From Gemmatimonadales bacterium (GTDB taxonomy: Bacteria > Gemmatimonadota > Gemmatimonadetes > Gemmatimonadales > GWC2-71-9), in assembly GCA_035703525.1 (NCBI GenBank), contig DASSYA010000024.1, positions 69,309 to 133,308 on the forward strand: 64,000 bases of DNA, written 5' to 3'. The notes below the pieces were generated by a model. It worked only from the letters and a program-made list of their open reading frames with translations. It did no database searches and was not told where the DNA came from. Position 1 is the first letter of the stretch. Each line of letters opens with the position of its first letter. Shown one piece after another: positions 45,335 to 55,214 of the stretch. Made by a program: the position numbers and the translations under genes.

Positions 45335-47632
45335 CTACAATCGAAACAGGTACGCCAGCTTGAGGAAGAACGCATCGTCATCCCGCTGCAGGTTCCGGAG
45401 CGTCAGTGCGCGATCACCGCGGAGCGTACTGCCATAGCCGATGAACGCCACCGTGCCGGCCGTGGGTTCGAGCGAGGCTAGCCAGTCCATCCGGAGGCGA
45501 TCGGACCTGCGCGCGGCGACCGGTGTGCCCCCCCGCAGCAGCGCCCGGCCCGTCGCCGGGTCGACGAGTGCCGCCTGACGTTCGCTGCGATACTCCGCCA
45601 CGACCCGGAAAAAGAGCGCCCGGCTCGGTTGCACCTCGAGCTTGACGCGCGGCAGGATCGTGCGCGCGAATTCGCTGCCATCGCGTTCGCGCGTGATGCG
45701 CTGCATCGTGAGCGAGCCACTCAGTCGCACCGCACTGGTCGGCCGCAGGTTGAGCGCACCACGCACCGAGGTCAGTCGCCCCTCCGCGGCCTCGGGGAAG
45801 ATGGCGCTTGCACCGCGCTCGACCCGGACATTCGCATCCCAGAGCGGCCACGTCGGCGTGTTGATGCTCACGTTCCCCGACACGGCATCGAAGACGCCAT
45901 GCGTCGGCTCGAACGCATCCGGCATCTCCGTGGGCCCATCCACAGTGAGACCGGCATAGTCCGTCGGATCGAAGCGGACGAACTCGTGACTCGCCTTCCC
46001 GCTCAGGTTCCAGCCGCCCCGCAGTCGCATGCTTCCGTTGAGTTCGTTGGAGCCCTCGAGTGCTCGACGTCCCAGGAGCGTGCCGTAGTCATAGGTGCGG
46101 TTGACACCGGCGAACACCGTGAACTGCTCCAGCAAGGCGCCGCGAGGACCGTAGCCACTGTAGCGATTGAAGGCGCGAAGCGTGGTGACGCCGGAACGAT
46201 TGACGAATCCGCTCCAGGTCCGGAAATCGTCGCCGACGGCCACCACCTTGTAGTTGAAACCGAACGCGCGTCCCGTGCGGTCCAGCTCGAGCTGCCAGAT
46301 CGGGGCGCTCCGTGTCTCGGCACTGCCGCCGGCACGCGTGAAGGCCTGGCCCAACTGTCCCTGGAAGTAGTAGAGCTTGCCGAACACGATCCGGGTATCG
46401 GCCGCAATGACCCGGTTGAAGTCACTCCCCTCGTCCCGATTGGTCAGGGTGAGTCCCGCGACGGAGTTGTCCCCGATGTCGCGTCGAACCCGGGTGATGT
46501 TGGCCACCGCATTGCGGTCGAGGTCGCCGCCGGGCGCCTGACGATACTCGTCGATCGCGGTGAGCTGCGCGAACGTCCACCGACCGAGCTTGCCGGTGAG
46601 CTTCGCGCCCGCGAGCGGGTTCGCCACGGTCCGCGTGTATACCAGATTGTTGGGCGAGGCAAAGAGTTCGATCCCTTCGAGAAAGAAGGGTCGGCGTTCG
46701 GGAAAGAACAACGCGAAGCGTTCGTTGATCGTGACCAGTCCGACATCGGACTCGACCTGGGAGAAGTCGGGGTTGATGGTGCCATCCAGGGTCATCCGGG
46801 TGAAGCCGAGTCGAAGATTGCCACCAAATTCGCCGGCGACATCGCCACGACCGAACCGTCCGTCCGGACCTCGGGATCCCGGGGCATTGGCCACGAAGGT
46901 CGGCTGCAACTCGGTGACCACGCCCCGATGGATGCCCTCGAGGCCAGTGATGACCCCGGCCTGCCCGAGAAACGAGGCGTTCGCACGGCGCACATCCGTC
47001 CAGGTGTCCTCGTACCCCGTGCGCTTGGTGATCCGCTGGACGTTGAAGCCCCAGCTCTGGATATCACCCCCACCCCAGCGGAGGGACTTGAACGGGATCC
47101 GGATCTCCGCCGCCCAGCCGAAGTCGGTCCGGCGACCGCCGCTCTGCCAGAGAAAATCCGGGTTGCGGTCGGTCGTCCCGGATCCGCCACTCGACGAGCT
47201 GAAGCCGCCCTCGGATCGCACCCCATCATCCTGGATGCCGAAGGGGTTCACTCCGAAGAAGTAGGCGCGTCGATGGTCGTTGAACGTGTCCAGATAGATG
47301 GTGATCCGGTCATCGTTGTCGATGTTGTCCCGATCCGACACCGTGGCACGGACACTGCCTGGCACCCGGTCATAGGCGAGGATCCCCACATGCAGCGCAT
47401 CGGTGTCGTACCACAAGAGGACGACCGTCGAATCCTCGGCGGGCCGACCGTCGACCGGCGCCGACTGGTGAAAGCCATCCAGTCGCACGGCACGCTGCCA
47501 GACCGGCTCATCGAGCACGCCATCCTGCACGGTGGTGTCAGCGAGTGCCCCGCGGGGGATGGTCACCCGAGGCGTCTGGGCCGCGAGCGGGCCCGCCAGC
47601 AGCGCCAGCAAGGAGAGAGCGTGTCGATTCAT
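45335..47632 (-). CDS. CBM9-like / DUF5916 outer-membrane protein
   Basis: Signal peptide LLALLAGPLAAQ. N-terminal DGVLDEPVWQRAVRLDGFHQSAPVDGRPAEDSTVVLLWYDTDALHVGILAYD is typical of the carbohydrate-binding family 9-like domain of DUF5916 proteins. Long beta-rich C-terminus ending FFLKLAYLFRL. Confidence 0.75.
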   Translation of the reverse strand: MNRHALSLLALLAGPLAAQTPRVTIPRGALADTTVQDGVLDEPVWQRAVRLDGFHQSAPVDGRPAEDSTVVLLWYDTDALHVGILAYDRVPGSVRATVSDRDNIDNDDRITIYLDTFNDHRRAYFFGVNPFGIQDDGVRSEGGFSSSSGGSGTTDRNPDFLWQSGGRRTDFGWAAEIRIPFKSLRWGGGDIQSWGFNVQRITKRTGYEDTWTDVRRANASFLGQAGVITGLEGIHRGVVTELQPTFVANAPGSRGPDGRFGRGDVAGEFGGNLRLGFTRMTLDGTINPDFSQVESDVGLVTINERFALFFPERRPFFLEGIELFASPNNLVYTRTVANPLAGAKLTGKLGRWTFAQLTAIDEYRQAPGGDLDRNAVANITRVRRDIGDNSVAGLTLTNRDEGSDFNRVIAADTRIVFGKLYYFQGQLGQAFTRAGGSAETRSAPIWQLELDRTGRAFGFNYKVVAVGDDFRTWSGFVNRSGVTTLRAFNRYSGYGPRGALLEQFTVFAGVNRTYDYGTLLGRRALEGSNELNGSMRLRGGWNLSGKASHEFVRFDPTDYAGLTVDGPTEMPDAFEPTHGVFDAVSGNVSINTPTWPLWDANVRVERGASAIFPEAAEGRLTSVRGALNLRPTSAVRLSGSLTMQRITRERDGSEFARTILPRVKLEVQPSRALFFRVVAEYRSERQAALVDPATGRALLRGGTPVAARRSDRLRMDWLASLEPTAGTVAFIGYGSTLRGDRALTLRNLQRDDDAFFLKLAYLFRL

Positions 47633-47653
47633 GGGCGGGAAGATAGAGGGAAA

Positions 47654-47712
47654 GCGAGAGAGCGAGAAAGCGTGAAGGCCATGAAAGCCTTCTCGCCTTC
47701 TCGCTGTCTCGC
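47654..47712 (-). terminator. Long imperfect hairpin after macB-like stop (putative intrinsic terminator)
   Basis: 26-nt arms (47654-47679 and 47687-47712) with 23/26 complementary positions and a 7-nt loop CATGAAA. It starts 5 nt after the TAA at 47717. On the minus-strand RNA the stem is followed by UUUCCCUCUAUCUUCCC. The arms are built of GCGAGANA-like octamers. Confidence 0.45.
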
Positions 47713-47716
47713 TGTC

Positions 47717-48931
47717 TTACTCGTACCGCAGTGACTGGATCGGGTCGAGGCGTGCGGCGCGGCGCGCCGGCCACATCCCGAAGAAGAGGCCGACCACGGC
47801 GGAAAACCCGAAGGCCACGACCACGGCCGTCGGCGAGATCTGGGTCGCCCACCCCAGCTTGATGGCCACGAGTCTCGACGTGCCGACCCCGAGCAGGATG
47901 CCCAGGATGCCGCCGGTGAGGCAGAGCACCAGCGCCTCGATCAGGAACTGGCTCATCACCGTGAAGCCGGTGGCGCCGAGCGCCTTCCGGATCCCGATCT
48001 CCTTGGTCCGTTCGGTGACCGACACCAGCATGATGTTCATGATGCCGATACCACCCACGAGCAGCGAGACGGCCGCGATCGAGAGCAGCAGGGCGCTGAA
48101 CGTCTTGGTGGTTTCCTCGGCCGTCGCGAGGAAGTCGCTCGGGCTCCGCATGGTGAAATCGTTTCCGGCACCCGGGCGAATGCGGTGCTCGCGCCGCATG
48201 ATCCGCTCGAGCGAGACGAGTGCCATGTCGCGGTTGATCCCGGGCCGGACCGTGACCGAGATCGTCCGGAGTCGGTCGGTCCCCATCACCCGGTACTGTG
48301 CCGTGCTGAGCGGGATCAGGATCTGCTCATCCGGGTTGGACCACCCCTGTGACCCCTTTGCGCTCAGGACGCCGATCACCTCGAACGGGATCGAGCGAAT
48401 CACGATCGTCTGCCCGATCAAGGCCCGTGGGTTCTGGCCGAGCATGTCGGGCACATCCGATCCGACCACGGCATAGCGCTGCCGTGAGGCGTTGTCACCC
48501 TCGGTGAACATCCGCCCGTTGGTGATCTCGTAGTTGCGGGCCTTCAGGTACTCCGCCGTGGTGCCCACGACACTGACATTGATGTTGGTGTTGCCCAGTT
48601 CGACCTGCTGGCGTCGCTCCATCTCTGGCGCCATGGCGTCGATCACGTCACCGGCATCCCGCTTCAGGGCGAGCGCGTCGTCGGTCTTGAGCGGCGCACC
48701 ATCGGATCGGGCCACGCCCGCGAAGCGATCCTGACCGGCGTTGATCTGGATCAGGTTCGCGCCGAGCGAGTTGATCCGCTCCTCGACCGACTTCTGGGCG
48801 CCCGTCCCCATCGCCACCACGGTGATCACCGCGGCGACGCCGATGATGACACCGAGCATGGTGAGCATCGCCCGAAGCTTGTTGGCGCGGATGCTCCCGA
48901 AGGCCACCCGCACGGTTTCGCTGAGCATCAT
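47717..48931 (-). CDS. ABC transporter permease, MacB/FtsX type
   Basis: 404 aa. N-terminal TM, a large periplasmic domain, and a C-terminal FtsX 3-TM bundle (GIGIMNIMLVSVTERTKEIGIRKALGA). Confidence 0.85.
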   Translation of the reverse strand: MMLSETVRVAFGSIRANKLRAMLTMLGVIIGVAAVITVVAMGTGAQKSVEERINSLGANLIQINAGQDRFAGVARSDGAPLKTDDALALKRDAGDVIDAMAPEMERRQQVELGNTNINVSVVGTTAEYLKARNYEITNGRMFTEGDNASRQRYAVVGSDVPDMLGQNPRALIGQTIVIRSIPFEVIGVLSAKGSQGWSNPDEQILIPLSTAQYRVMGTDRLRTISVTVRPGINRDMALVSLERIMRREHRIRPGAGNDFTMRSPSDFLATAEETTKTFSALLLSIAAVSLLVGGIGIMNIMLVSVTERTKEIGIRKALGATGFTVMSQFLIEALVLCLTGGILGILLGVGTSRLVAIKLGWATQISPTAVVVAFGFSAVVGLFFGMWPARRAARLDPIQSLRYE

Positions 48932-48953
48932 GGTGCGTTCTCCCCCCGCCGCC

Positions 48954-50378
48954 CTAGCGGCTCTGGCCTGGCAGTCCGGAGTTGCGGCTCATCCGGTCCT
49001 GCAATCCTTGCTGCGCCTGGATCAGCGAGGCACTCGGCAGCAGCAGCACCGTGTCCGCCATCGTCAGGCCACTCTTCACCTCGCTCCAGTCGAGATCGGT
49101 GATCCCGGTCTGGATGTACACCGCGGTCGGCTTGCCCCCGCGCATCGTGAAGACGATGTACCGCCCGCCAAACATCGCATCCTGCGATCCGGCCCCGCGG
49201 CCGTTCTTGCGCCCATTGCCGCCGGCATTGCCGCCCGCAGCCGCCAGGGTGGCTCGGTCCGCCTGGGTGAGGGTGCCACCCGACGCCGCCTTGGCCATCA
49301 ACGCCTTGATCTGCTCCTGGGTCGGCTTGGCCCCACCGGTCGAATCCTTGGGAAGTGCCGTACCCGATCCGGTATCACCCGCCACCGGGCTCGCCGGAGC
49401 ACTCGCCAGATCGAGCTGAGCCTTGAGATCCGCATCAGAGATGCCGAGCACCGAGGCGGCACTCGCGACATCCCGCTCAGTGCGCAGCGCCGCGTTCGGC
49501 ACCGCCAGCACATCGTTCGCACTGCCGACGCCGATATTCACCTCGGCGTTCATCCCCGGGCGGAGCAACCCATCGCGATTGTTGATCCGGATCAGCACCG
49601 GGAACATCGTCACGTTCTGGATCGTGTCGGCCTGCGGCTCGATCTTCAGCACGGTGCCCTGGAATGGCCGGTTGGGGAACGCCTCCACCGAGACACGCGC
49701 ATCGAGGCCCGGCTTCAGCTTGCCGATGTCGGTCTCGTCGACGAACGTCTTGACCTGCACCAGCGAGAGGTCAGCCATCTTCGCGAGCACGGTGCCGCCA
49801 CCGACGTCACTCGTCGGCGAGGAGATGACCGCGCCACGCTCGACATTCTTCGCGATGATCGTCCCGGTGATCGGGGCGCGCACCTCCGTGTCGTCGAGTG
49901 CGATCTTCGCATTGTCGAGCTCGATCTGGGCCGAGATCACGGCCGACCTCGCGTTGGCGACGTCGAGCGTCGTGCCCTCGAGTTCCTGCTCGGTGATCGC
50001 CTTCGCCTCGAACAGTTCCTGCGAGCGCTTGAGCTGCGTCTCGGCGTTCTTGAGCCGGGCGTTGGCGACATCCAGCTGCGCCTGCGCCTGATTGTAGCGG
50101 TTCTGGGGCACGCGCCGGTCGATCCGGGCCAGCAGCGTCCCGCGCTGCACCAACTGGCCGGTCTCGACATTGAACTCGAGGATCTCCCCCGAGGCCTTCG
50201 ACTTGACCTCGACGACGGTGTCGGGCAATGCCGCACCGGCCGCCTGGACGGTCACCGAAATGTTGCGGGTCTCGACCGGGACGGCCTGGTACACGGGCGC
50301 ATCGCTGGCCTTCTTGGCGCAGGCGGAGATGGCGACGCCGAGCACGAGGGCGGGTACAACAAGACGAACATGGGTCAC
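48954..50378 (-). CDS. Efflux periplasmic adaptor (MacA/HlyD family)
   Basis: Lipoprotein-like N-terminus (VLGVAISAC), a coiled-coil hairpin, and barrel-sandwich motifs ([25 protein letters not shown]). GTG start overlaps the ATPase stop (GTGA). Confidence 0.85.
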   Translation of the reverse strand: MTHVRLVVPALVLGVAISACAKKASDAPVYQAVPVETRNISVTVQAAGAALPDTVVEVKSKASGEILEFNVETGQLVQRGTLLARIDRRVPQNRYNQAQAQLDVANARLKNAETQLKRSQELFEAKAITEQELEGTTLDVANARSAVISAQIELDNAKIALDDTEVRAPITGTIIAKNVERGAVISSPTSDVGGGTVLAKMADLSLVQVKTFVDETDIGKLKPGLDARVSVEAFPNRPFQGTVLKIEPQADTIQNVTMFPVLIRINNRDGLLRPGMNAEVNIGVGSANDVLAVPNAALRTERDVASAASVLGISDADLKAQLDLASAPASPVAGDTGSGTALPKDSTGGAKPTQEQIKALMAKAASGGTLTQADRATLAAAGGNAGGNGRKNGRGAGSQDAMFGGRYIVFTMRGGKPTAVYIQTGITDLDWSEVKSGLTMADTVLLLPSASLIQAQQGLQDRMSRNSGLPGQSR

Positions 50379-51133
50379 GCGTGGATCTCCGAGGTCAGGC
50401 CGTCGCTCGACACCTTGCCATCCCGGAGGACGATCTGGCGCTTCGCGTGCTCAGCAATGTCAGGCTCGTGGGTCACGAGAATGATGGTCTGGCCCTGTGC
50501 ATGCAGGGCCTCGAACAGGTCCATGATCTCGACCGAGGTGGCCGAGTCCAGGTTGCCGGTCGGTTCATCCGCGAGGATGATCGACGGGCGATTGACCAGC
50601 GCACGCGCCACCGCGACACGCTGGCGCTGTCCACCGGACAGCTCGTTCGGGCGGTGATGCATCCGCTCCCCGAGCCCGACCGAGGTGAGCACCGATTCGG
50701 CGCGCTCGCGACGCTCCTTGCCACCCACCCCCGCATAGACGAGCGGGAGCTCGACGTTGGCGAGTGCCGAGGCGCGCGGCAACAGGTTGAACGTCTGGAA
50801 GACGAAGCCGATCTCCTTGTTCCGGATCCGGGCCAGCGCATCGTCATCGAGCTCGCTCACCCGATGGCCATTGAGCCAGTACTCGCCCTCGGTCGGCGTG
50901 TCGAGGCAGCCGATCATGTTCATCAACGTCGACTTGCCGGAACCGGACGGGCCCATGATCGCCACGAACTCGTTGCGACGGATCGTGATGTCGACCCCGT
51001 TGAGGGCGCGCACGACTTCGCTGCCCATCACGTATTCGCGGTGCAGATTGCGCGTCACGATGACCGCATCCCTCGGGATATCCGAGGGGAGGAGCGCCAT
51101 CCGTTCACCGGTGTCCAGCATGTCGCGGGCCAT
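50375..51133 (-). CDS. ABC transporter ATP-binding protein (MacB/LolD-type)
   Basis: Walker [11 protein letters not shown]-loop, signature [15 protein letters not shown], Walker [13 protein letters not shown]. Confidence 0.9.
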   Translation of the reverse strand: MARDMLDTGERMALLPSDIPRDAVIVTRNLHREYVMGSEVVRALNGVDITIRRNEFVAIMGPSGSGKSTLMNMIGCLDTPTEGEYWLNGHRVSELDDDALARIRNKEIGFVFQTFNLLPRASALANVELPLVYAGVGGKERRERAESVLTSVGLGERMHHRPNELSGGQRQRVAVARALVNRPSIILADEPTGNLDSATSVEIMDLFEALHAQGQTIILVTHEPDIAEHAKRQIVLRDGKVSSDGLTSEIHA

Positions 51134-52474
51134 CTAGAGCCTCCGTCCGATCAGCGCTTCGATCTGGGTCTTGGCGCGCAGGTACGAGAACCGCGCCTGG
51201 ATCTCGGACACCTGGGCCGAGGTGAGCTGCTCCTGGGCCTGCAACAGGTCGAAGATCGTGGCGACGCCGAGTCGGTAGCGCTGCTCGGTGATCCGCACAT
51301 TCTCCTCGGCAGCTTGCACCGAAAGCTGGGCCACGTCGATCGACTCGCGCGCATTGCCGAGCGACGCGAACTGCTGCGTGAGCTGGGCCGAAATCTGGCG
51401 CTTCTGGTCGGCGACCTGGGCGATCTGGTTGTCGAGTGTGATCGAGGCGTTCTCGATCTGGGTCTCGCGCTGCAGATTGCTCCACGGTGAGAAACTCATC
51501 TGCAGCAGGAAGTTTCGTCGGGGTGTCAGCGAATAGTCATTCGACTTGTTGGCGGTCCAGTCCGATGATGCCTGCGCACTGATGGTCGGCCAGTAGCCGG
51601 ACTTGGCCGCACGGAGCTGCTGGCGTGACGCCTCGAGATTCGCTTCGGACGCCTGGATCGCGGGAGAGGCAGCGACCGCCTCCACCCGGATGCCAGCGGT
51701 GTCGAGCAGGACAGGTTGGACGTAGAAGCTGGAATCGTCGACTGCGGCGACCCGACCGTCCTCGCCAACCAGTCGGCCCAGGTTGGCCTCGGCCGTCGCC
51801 ACGGCTGCCTGCGCGTTCAAGAGTTGCTGCCGGGCCTGGCCGAGCTGGACCAGCGCCGAGAGTGAATCACTCCGCTGGCCGGCCCCACTCTGCAGACGCG
51901 CCGACGCGACCGCGAGCTGTTGCTGCGCGCGCGAGACGGCCGCCTCGTTGACCTTGAGCAGTTCCTCGTTGGCAAGGGCATCGAAGAAGGCGTTGGTCAC
52001 CGTCAACCGATTCTGGAAGATCGTGCTGGTGATGCTCGCCGCCGCAGCATCCTCGCGCGCCCGGGCCGCGTCGAGGCCCCGCTCGCGGTTGAATCCGTCG
52101 AACAGCGTCAGGTTTGCCCGGGCCCCAACCGAGTAGCTCGGGTTGGTGACCGACCCACCGATGACCTGGCCGGTGACCGGATCGAGCCGTGACTGACCGG
52201 TCGAGACGTTGTACGCCGCGCCGACCGGGAACGTCAGCGTGGGGACATACTGCATCTTGCTGGTACGGACCGAGAGCTCGGCAGTCCGCAGCGCACCCTG
52301 TGCCTGGAGGACCGACGGCGTGGTCGCTTGCGAGCGCTCCAGCGCTTCCGCGAGCGTGATCCGCTCGGGGCCGGCCTGGGCCACGACGGCGGCGATCGGG
52401 ACGAGTACCAGGAGCGTCAGCATGCCTGCGACGGTGCCGACAGCGTTACGGACGGCCACGCGGCGGCCCTCCAT
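51134..52474 (-). CDS. TolC family outer-membrane efflux protein
   Basis: Two TolC repeats (LTLAEALERSQ..., YWPTISAQASSDW...). The stop abuts the ATPase ATG. The start is uncertain: ATG 52474 gives MEGRRVAVRNAVGTVAGMLTLLVLVPIAAVVAQA, and the alternatives are 52423, 52492 and 52540. Confidence 0.8.
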   Translation of the reverse strand: MEGRRVAVRNAVGTVAGMLTLLVLVPIAAVVAQAGPERITLAEALERSQATTPSVLQAQGALRTAELSVRTSKMQYVPTLTFPVGAAYNVSTGQSRLDPVTGQVIGGSVTNPSYSVGARANLTLFDGFNRERGLDAARAREDAAAASITSTIFQNRLTVTNAFFDALANEELLKVNEAAVSRAQQQLAVASARLQSGAGQRSDSLSALVQLGQARQQLLNAQAAVATAEANLGRLVGEDGRVAAVDDSSFYVQPVLLDTAGIRVEAVAASPAIQASEANLEASRQQLRAAKSGYWPTISAQASSDWTANKSNDYSLTPRRNFLLQMSFSPWSNLQRETQIENASITLDNQIAQVADQKRQISAQLTQQFASLGNARESIDVAQLSVQAAEENVRITEQRYRLGVATIFDLLQAQEQLTSAQVSEIQARFSYLRAKTQIEALIGRRL

Positions 52475-52910
52475 TTCCCTTGCTGTTGCCATCGCGACCC
52501 TTGCGGCGTTCCTCGTCGTAGGCGCGTGTCGTGGAATCATACTTTTCTCGCTGGATGGGGGTGAGAATCGAGCGGACCTCTTCCCGGAGGATCGTGCGCT
52601 GTGAATCGACCCGCGGTCGAATGGTCTGATAGATCGAATCCATCGCGGGACGAATCGTCCCATGAATCGAATCCGTCGCCGATTCGCTGCTACGGTAGAT
52701 CTTCACCAGGCTGTCCTGCTGGTCCGACGTGAGTTGCAGCATCCCCGCCCAGAAGCAGACGCGCCCGCTCCGTACCGTGCACGAGGAGTCGTGGCGTCGG
52801 CCGTCCTGCTCACGGTTGGCCACCGCCATCGCAAGCGCACCCACCGTGAGTCCGATCGAGAAGGCGGCACCCAGGAGCACCACGGCCCGTGTTTTCGAGG
52901 TGGTGGTCAC
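52446..52910 (-). CDS. Periplasmic LTXXQ-motif protein (Spy/CpxP / heavy-metal-sensor-like)
   Basis: N-terminal TM/signal (AVVLLGAAFSIGLTVGALAMAV). LTXXQ-like motifs LQLTSDQQDSL and LTPIQREKY. GTG 52910 overlaps the anti-sigma stop (GTGA). Confidence 0.6.
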   Translation of the reverse strand: MTTTSKTRAVVLLGAAFSIGLTVGALAMAVANREQDGRRHDSSCTVRSGRVCFWAGMLQLTSDQQDSLVKIYRSSESATDSIHGTIRPAMDSIYQTIRPRVDSQRTILREEVRSILTPIQREKYDSTTRAYDEERRKGRDGNSKGNGGPPRGRP

Positions 52911-53245
52911 CGGATCCCCGCCATCGCCGTCATGAGCACATCGGTGCCCGGCCGTTCGGCATCGAGAAGCTGCACTGCCACGGATTCCTCATTGACGGCC
53001 GGGGTCGCAGGCACCTCGAGGACGCGAAGAGCCACCGTACCGAGCACGGCCGCCAGTGATGCCGCGAGGACACCCTGCCAGAACCAGCCGGCAAGCACCT
53101 CGTCCCAGCCCCGTGCACGCTGCTGACGCACCAGCGCCCGCATCCGGGTCACGAACGGACCCTCGTGCGGCATCGCCAGCGCCTCGCGGAGCGCGACGCC
53201 CAGCTCGGCGTCGGGCGCCATTTCGTTGTGCGACAGATCAGTCAT
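52907..53245 (-). CDS. Putative anti-sigma factor (single-pass membrane protein)
   Basis: ATG 53245 overlaps the sigma-factor stop (ATGACTGA). 112 aa with one central TM (WFWQGVLAASLAAVLGTVAL). The call rests on position after an ECF sigma gene, with no zf-HC2 motif, so it is positional only. Confidence 0.5.
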   Translation of the reverse strand: MTDLSHNEMAPDAELGVALREALAMPHEGPFVTRMRALVRQQRARGWDEVLAGWFWQGVLAASLAAVLGTVALRVLEVPATPAVNEESVAVQLLDAERPGTDVLMTAMAGIR

Positions 53246-53792
53246 CCCACTCCTCCTTGACACTCTCGAGCACCTTGCGAAGTGCTCGGCGTCCATGAAA
53301 CACATCGGATTTGACAGTTCCCTCGGGTATTCCCAGCATCTTCGCGATCTCGGACTGCGGGTACCCTTCCGCATCAAACAGCACCACGGCCAACCGTTGT
53401 CGTTCCGGCAGCGTCGCCAGCGCTTCCTTGAGTTTGTCACCCAGGTCGAGCGCCCCCACCTCCCGAGCCGGATTGTCGCGCGAGGTAGCCGCGACGAACT
53501 CGAGTGGCTCGGTGGTCCGGACCTTTCGTCGTCGGCGCAGGTCGCGAGCGGCATTGACCACGATCTGCATCAGCCACGGACGAAAGGCCCGTCGAACATC
53601 GTACCGCCCGATCGCCTGCCAGGCCGACAGGAAGCCTTCCTGGGCTGCATCGTCTGCGTCCTGCTCGTTCCCCAACACGGCATGCGCAACCCGCCGAGCC
53701 ATCGGTGCGTGTCGAGCCACCAGCTCTCCGAACGCCTCGGGATCCCCCTCGGCGGCGCGGAGCGCGAGGTCGCTGTCGTCCACGCCGGTCAT
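53238..53792 (-). CDS. ECF-type RNA polymerase sigma-70 family factor
   Basis: Region 2 (DADDAAQEGFLSAWQAIGRYD...FRPWLMQIVVNAARD) and region 4 (LPERQRLAVVLFDAEGYPQSEIAKMLGIPEGTVKSDVFHGRRAL). Confidence 0.85.
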   Translation of the reverse strand: MTGVDDSDLALRAAEGDPEAFGELVARHAPMARRVAHAVLGNEQDADDAAQEGFLSAWQAIGRYDVRRAFRPWLMQIVVNAARDLRRRRKVRTTEPLEFVAATSRDNPAREVGALDLGDKLKEALATLPERQRLAVVLFDAEGYPQSEIAKMLGIPEGTVKSDVFHGRRALRKVLESVKEEWDD

Positions 53793-53819
53793 ACGCGGCG
53801 TCCGAGAATGAGGTTGAGG

Positions 53820-55214
53820 TCAGCCATGGCGACGCCGGTTGATGGAACCGAGAAGGAAGAAGATCCCGAGCAGGCCAAAGATGGCCGCCGTGGAGTAGGC
53901 GGCCAAGCGCGGGAAGAGCGCCAGAACCACCGCAAAGGCGATGAAGACCCCCGACGCGGTGGCCAGTAATGCCGCCCGTGCCGCCCGGATCAGTGCCACG
54001 GCCCGCACGACGGCCTGTTTCCGCCTCGCCCGGAGTCCCTTGGCCCGGTGCCGGACGGCCCCCCCCTCGATCACGAGTGATGTCGGTCGGCCAAGCACCG
54101 GCATCGGTGGCAGTGCCCTGGGACGGGTGATGATCTCCCCACTCCCCCCAAGGTCGCCACTGTACTGCCGCTCCATCGCCTCAGCCAACCCGGCGTCCTC
54201 GATGAAGAGGTCGATCTCCCAATTCGCGAGCAGGGACGAGTGGTTGAGATTGCTTGAACCCACCCGGATCCAACGGCCGTCGATCGTGGCCGTCTTGGCG
54301 TGGAGCATGATGCCACTCCACTCCCAGATCCGCACCTTGGAGCGTAGTAGTCGGCGATACCCCGTCCGCGAGATGTTGCGAACCAACGGAATATCGGATC
54401 CGCCTGGTACCAGCAGTCGGACATCCACGCCATCGCTCGCGGCATCCTGGAACATCTGATACAGCCTCGCCGGCGCCGCCAGATAGGCGTCGGTGACCCA
54501 GATTCGTTCGGTGGCGAGGCCGAGCAGCAGATCGAGCACGCGCCACGCGCGGCCATCGCCCGGCCTGGTGGCCACGACCCTGACGGCCGTCGTCCCTGCC
54601 GGGGTGACCTCGGCGTCGACCTCCACGGAATCATCCGGCGTCGTTCCACCCGCATGGCTCCAGGTCGTGGCGAAGGCATGGTCCATCGCGCGAGCCGCGG
54701 GGCCCTCGACCAGGATCCCGGTATCCCGCCACGGCTCGCGATGCCGACTCGGGTCACCGACCCACTCATCCCCGATACAGAGCCCCCCGGTCACTGCCTT
54801 GGCGCCGTCGACCGTCAGCAGCTTGCGGTGATCACGGCTCACCAGTGCCAAGGGATCGGTCACGCGAGGTGGACTGAACGCCCGGACCTCCACGCCGGCA
54901 TCCCGGAGCATGCGCCAGTGCCGCCGCGGGGTGGAGATCGACCCGAGCCAGTCATGAAGCACCCGGACCCGGACGCCGCTCAACGCCTTCAGGGCCAGCG
55001 CATCGGCGAACGTCTTGCCGATGGTGTCGGAGCGAAAGATGTAGTTCTCGACGTGAATTCGGCGGGTGGCCGACTCGATCATCGCCAGCATTTCGGTGTA
55101 GTTCTCCGGCCCGTCGATCAGGAGCCGGACCCGATTGCCGGGAATCGCGCTGCAGTTGGCCGCCCGGTCGATGGCGCGGTTCAGCTCGTCGCCATCGGCT
55201 GGACGGTCGCTCAC
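53820..55214 (-). CDS. Phospholipase D / cardiolipin synthase-like protein with two HKD motifs and C-terminal TM hairpin
   Basis: HKD motifs DHRKLLTVDG and MLHAKTATIDG...VGSSNLN. The C-terminus has two hydrophobic helices (LLATASGVFIAFAVVLALF, AAIFGLLGIFFLLGSI). The start overlaps the HD gene stop by 4 nt. Confidence 0.8.
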   Translation of the reverse strand: MSDRPADGDELNRAIDRAANCSAIPGNRVRLLIDGPENYTEMLAMIESATRRIHVENYIFRSDTIGKTFADALALKALSGVRVRVLHDWLGSISTPRRHWRMLRDAGVEVRAFSPPRVTDPLALVSRDHRKLLTVDGAKAVTGGLCIGDEWVGDPSRHREPWRDTGILVEGPAARAMDHAFATTWSHAGGTTPDDSVEVDAEVTPAGTTAVRVVATRPGDGRAWRVLDLLLGLATERIWVTDAYLAAPARLYQMFQDAASDGVDVRLLVPGGSDIPLVRNISRTGYRRLLRSKVRIWEWSGIMLHAKTATIDGRWIRVGSSNLNHSSLLANWEIDLFIEDAGLAEAMERQYSGDLGGSGEIITRPRALPPMPVLGRPTSLVIEGGAVRHRAKGLRARRKQAVVRAVALIRAARAALLATASGVFIAFAVVLALFPRLAAYSTAAIFGLLGIFFLLGSINRRRHG

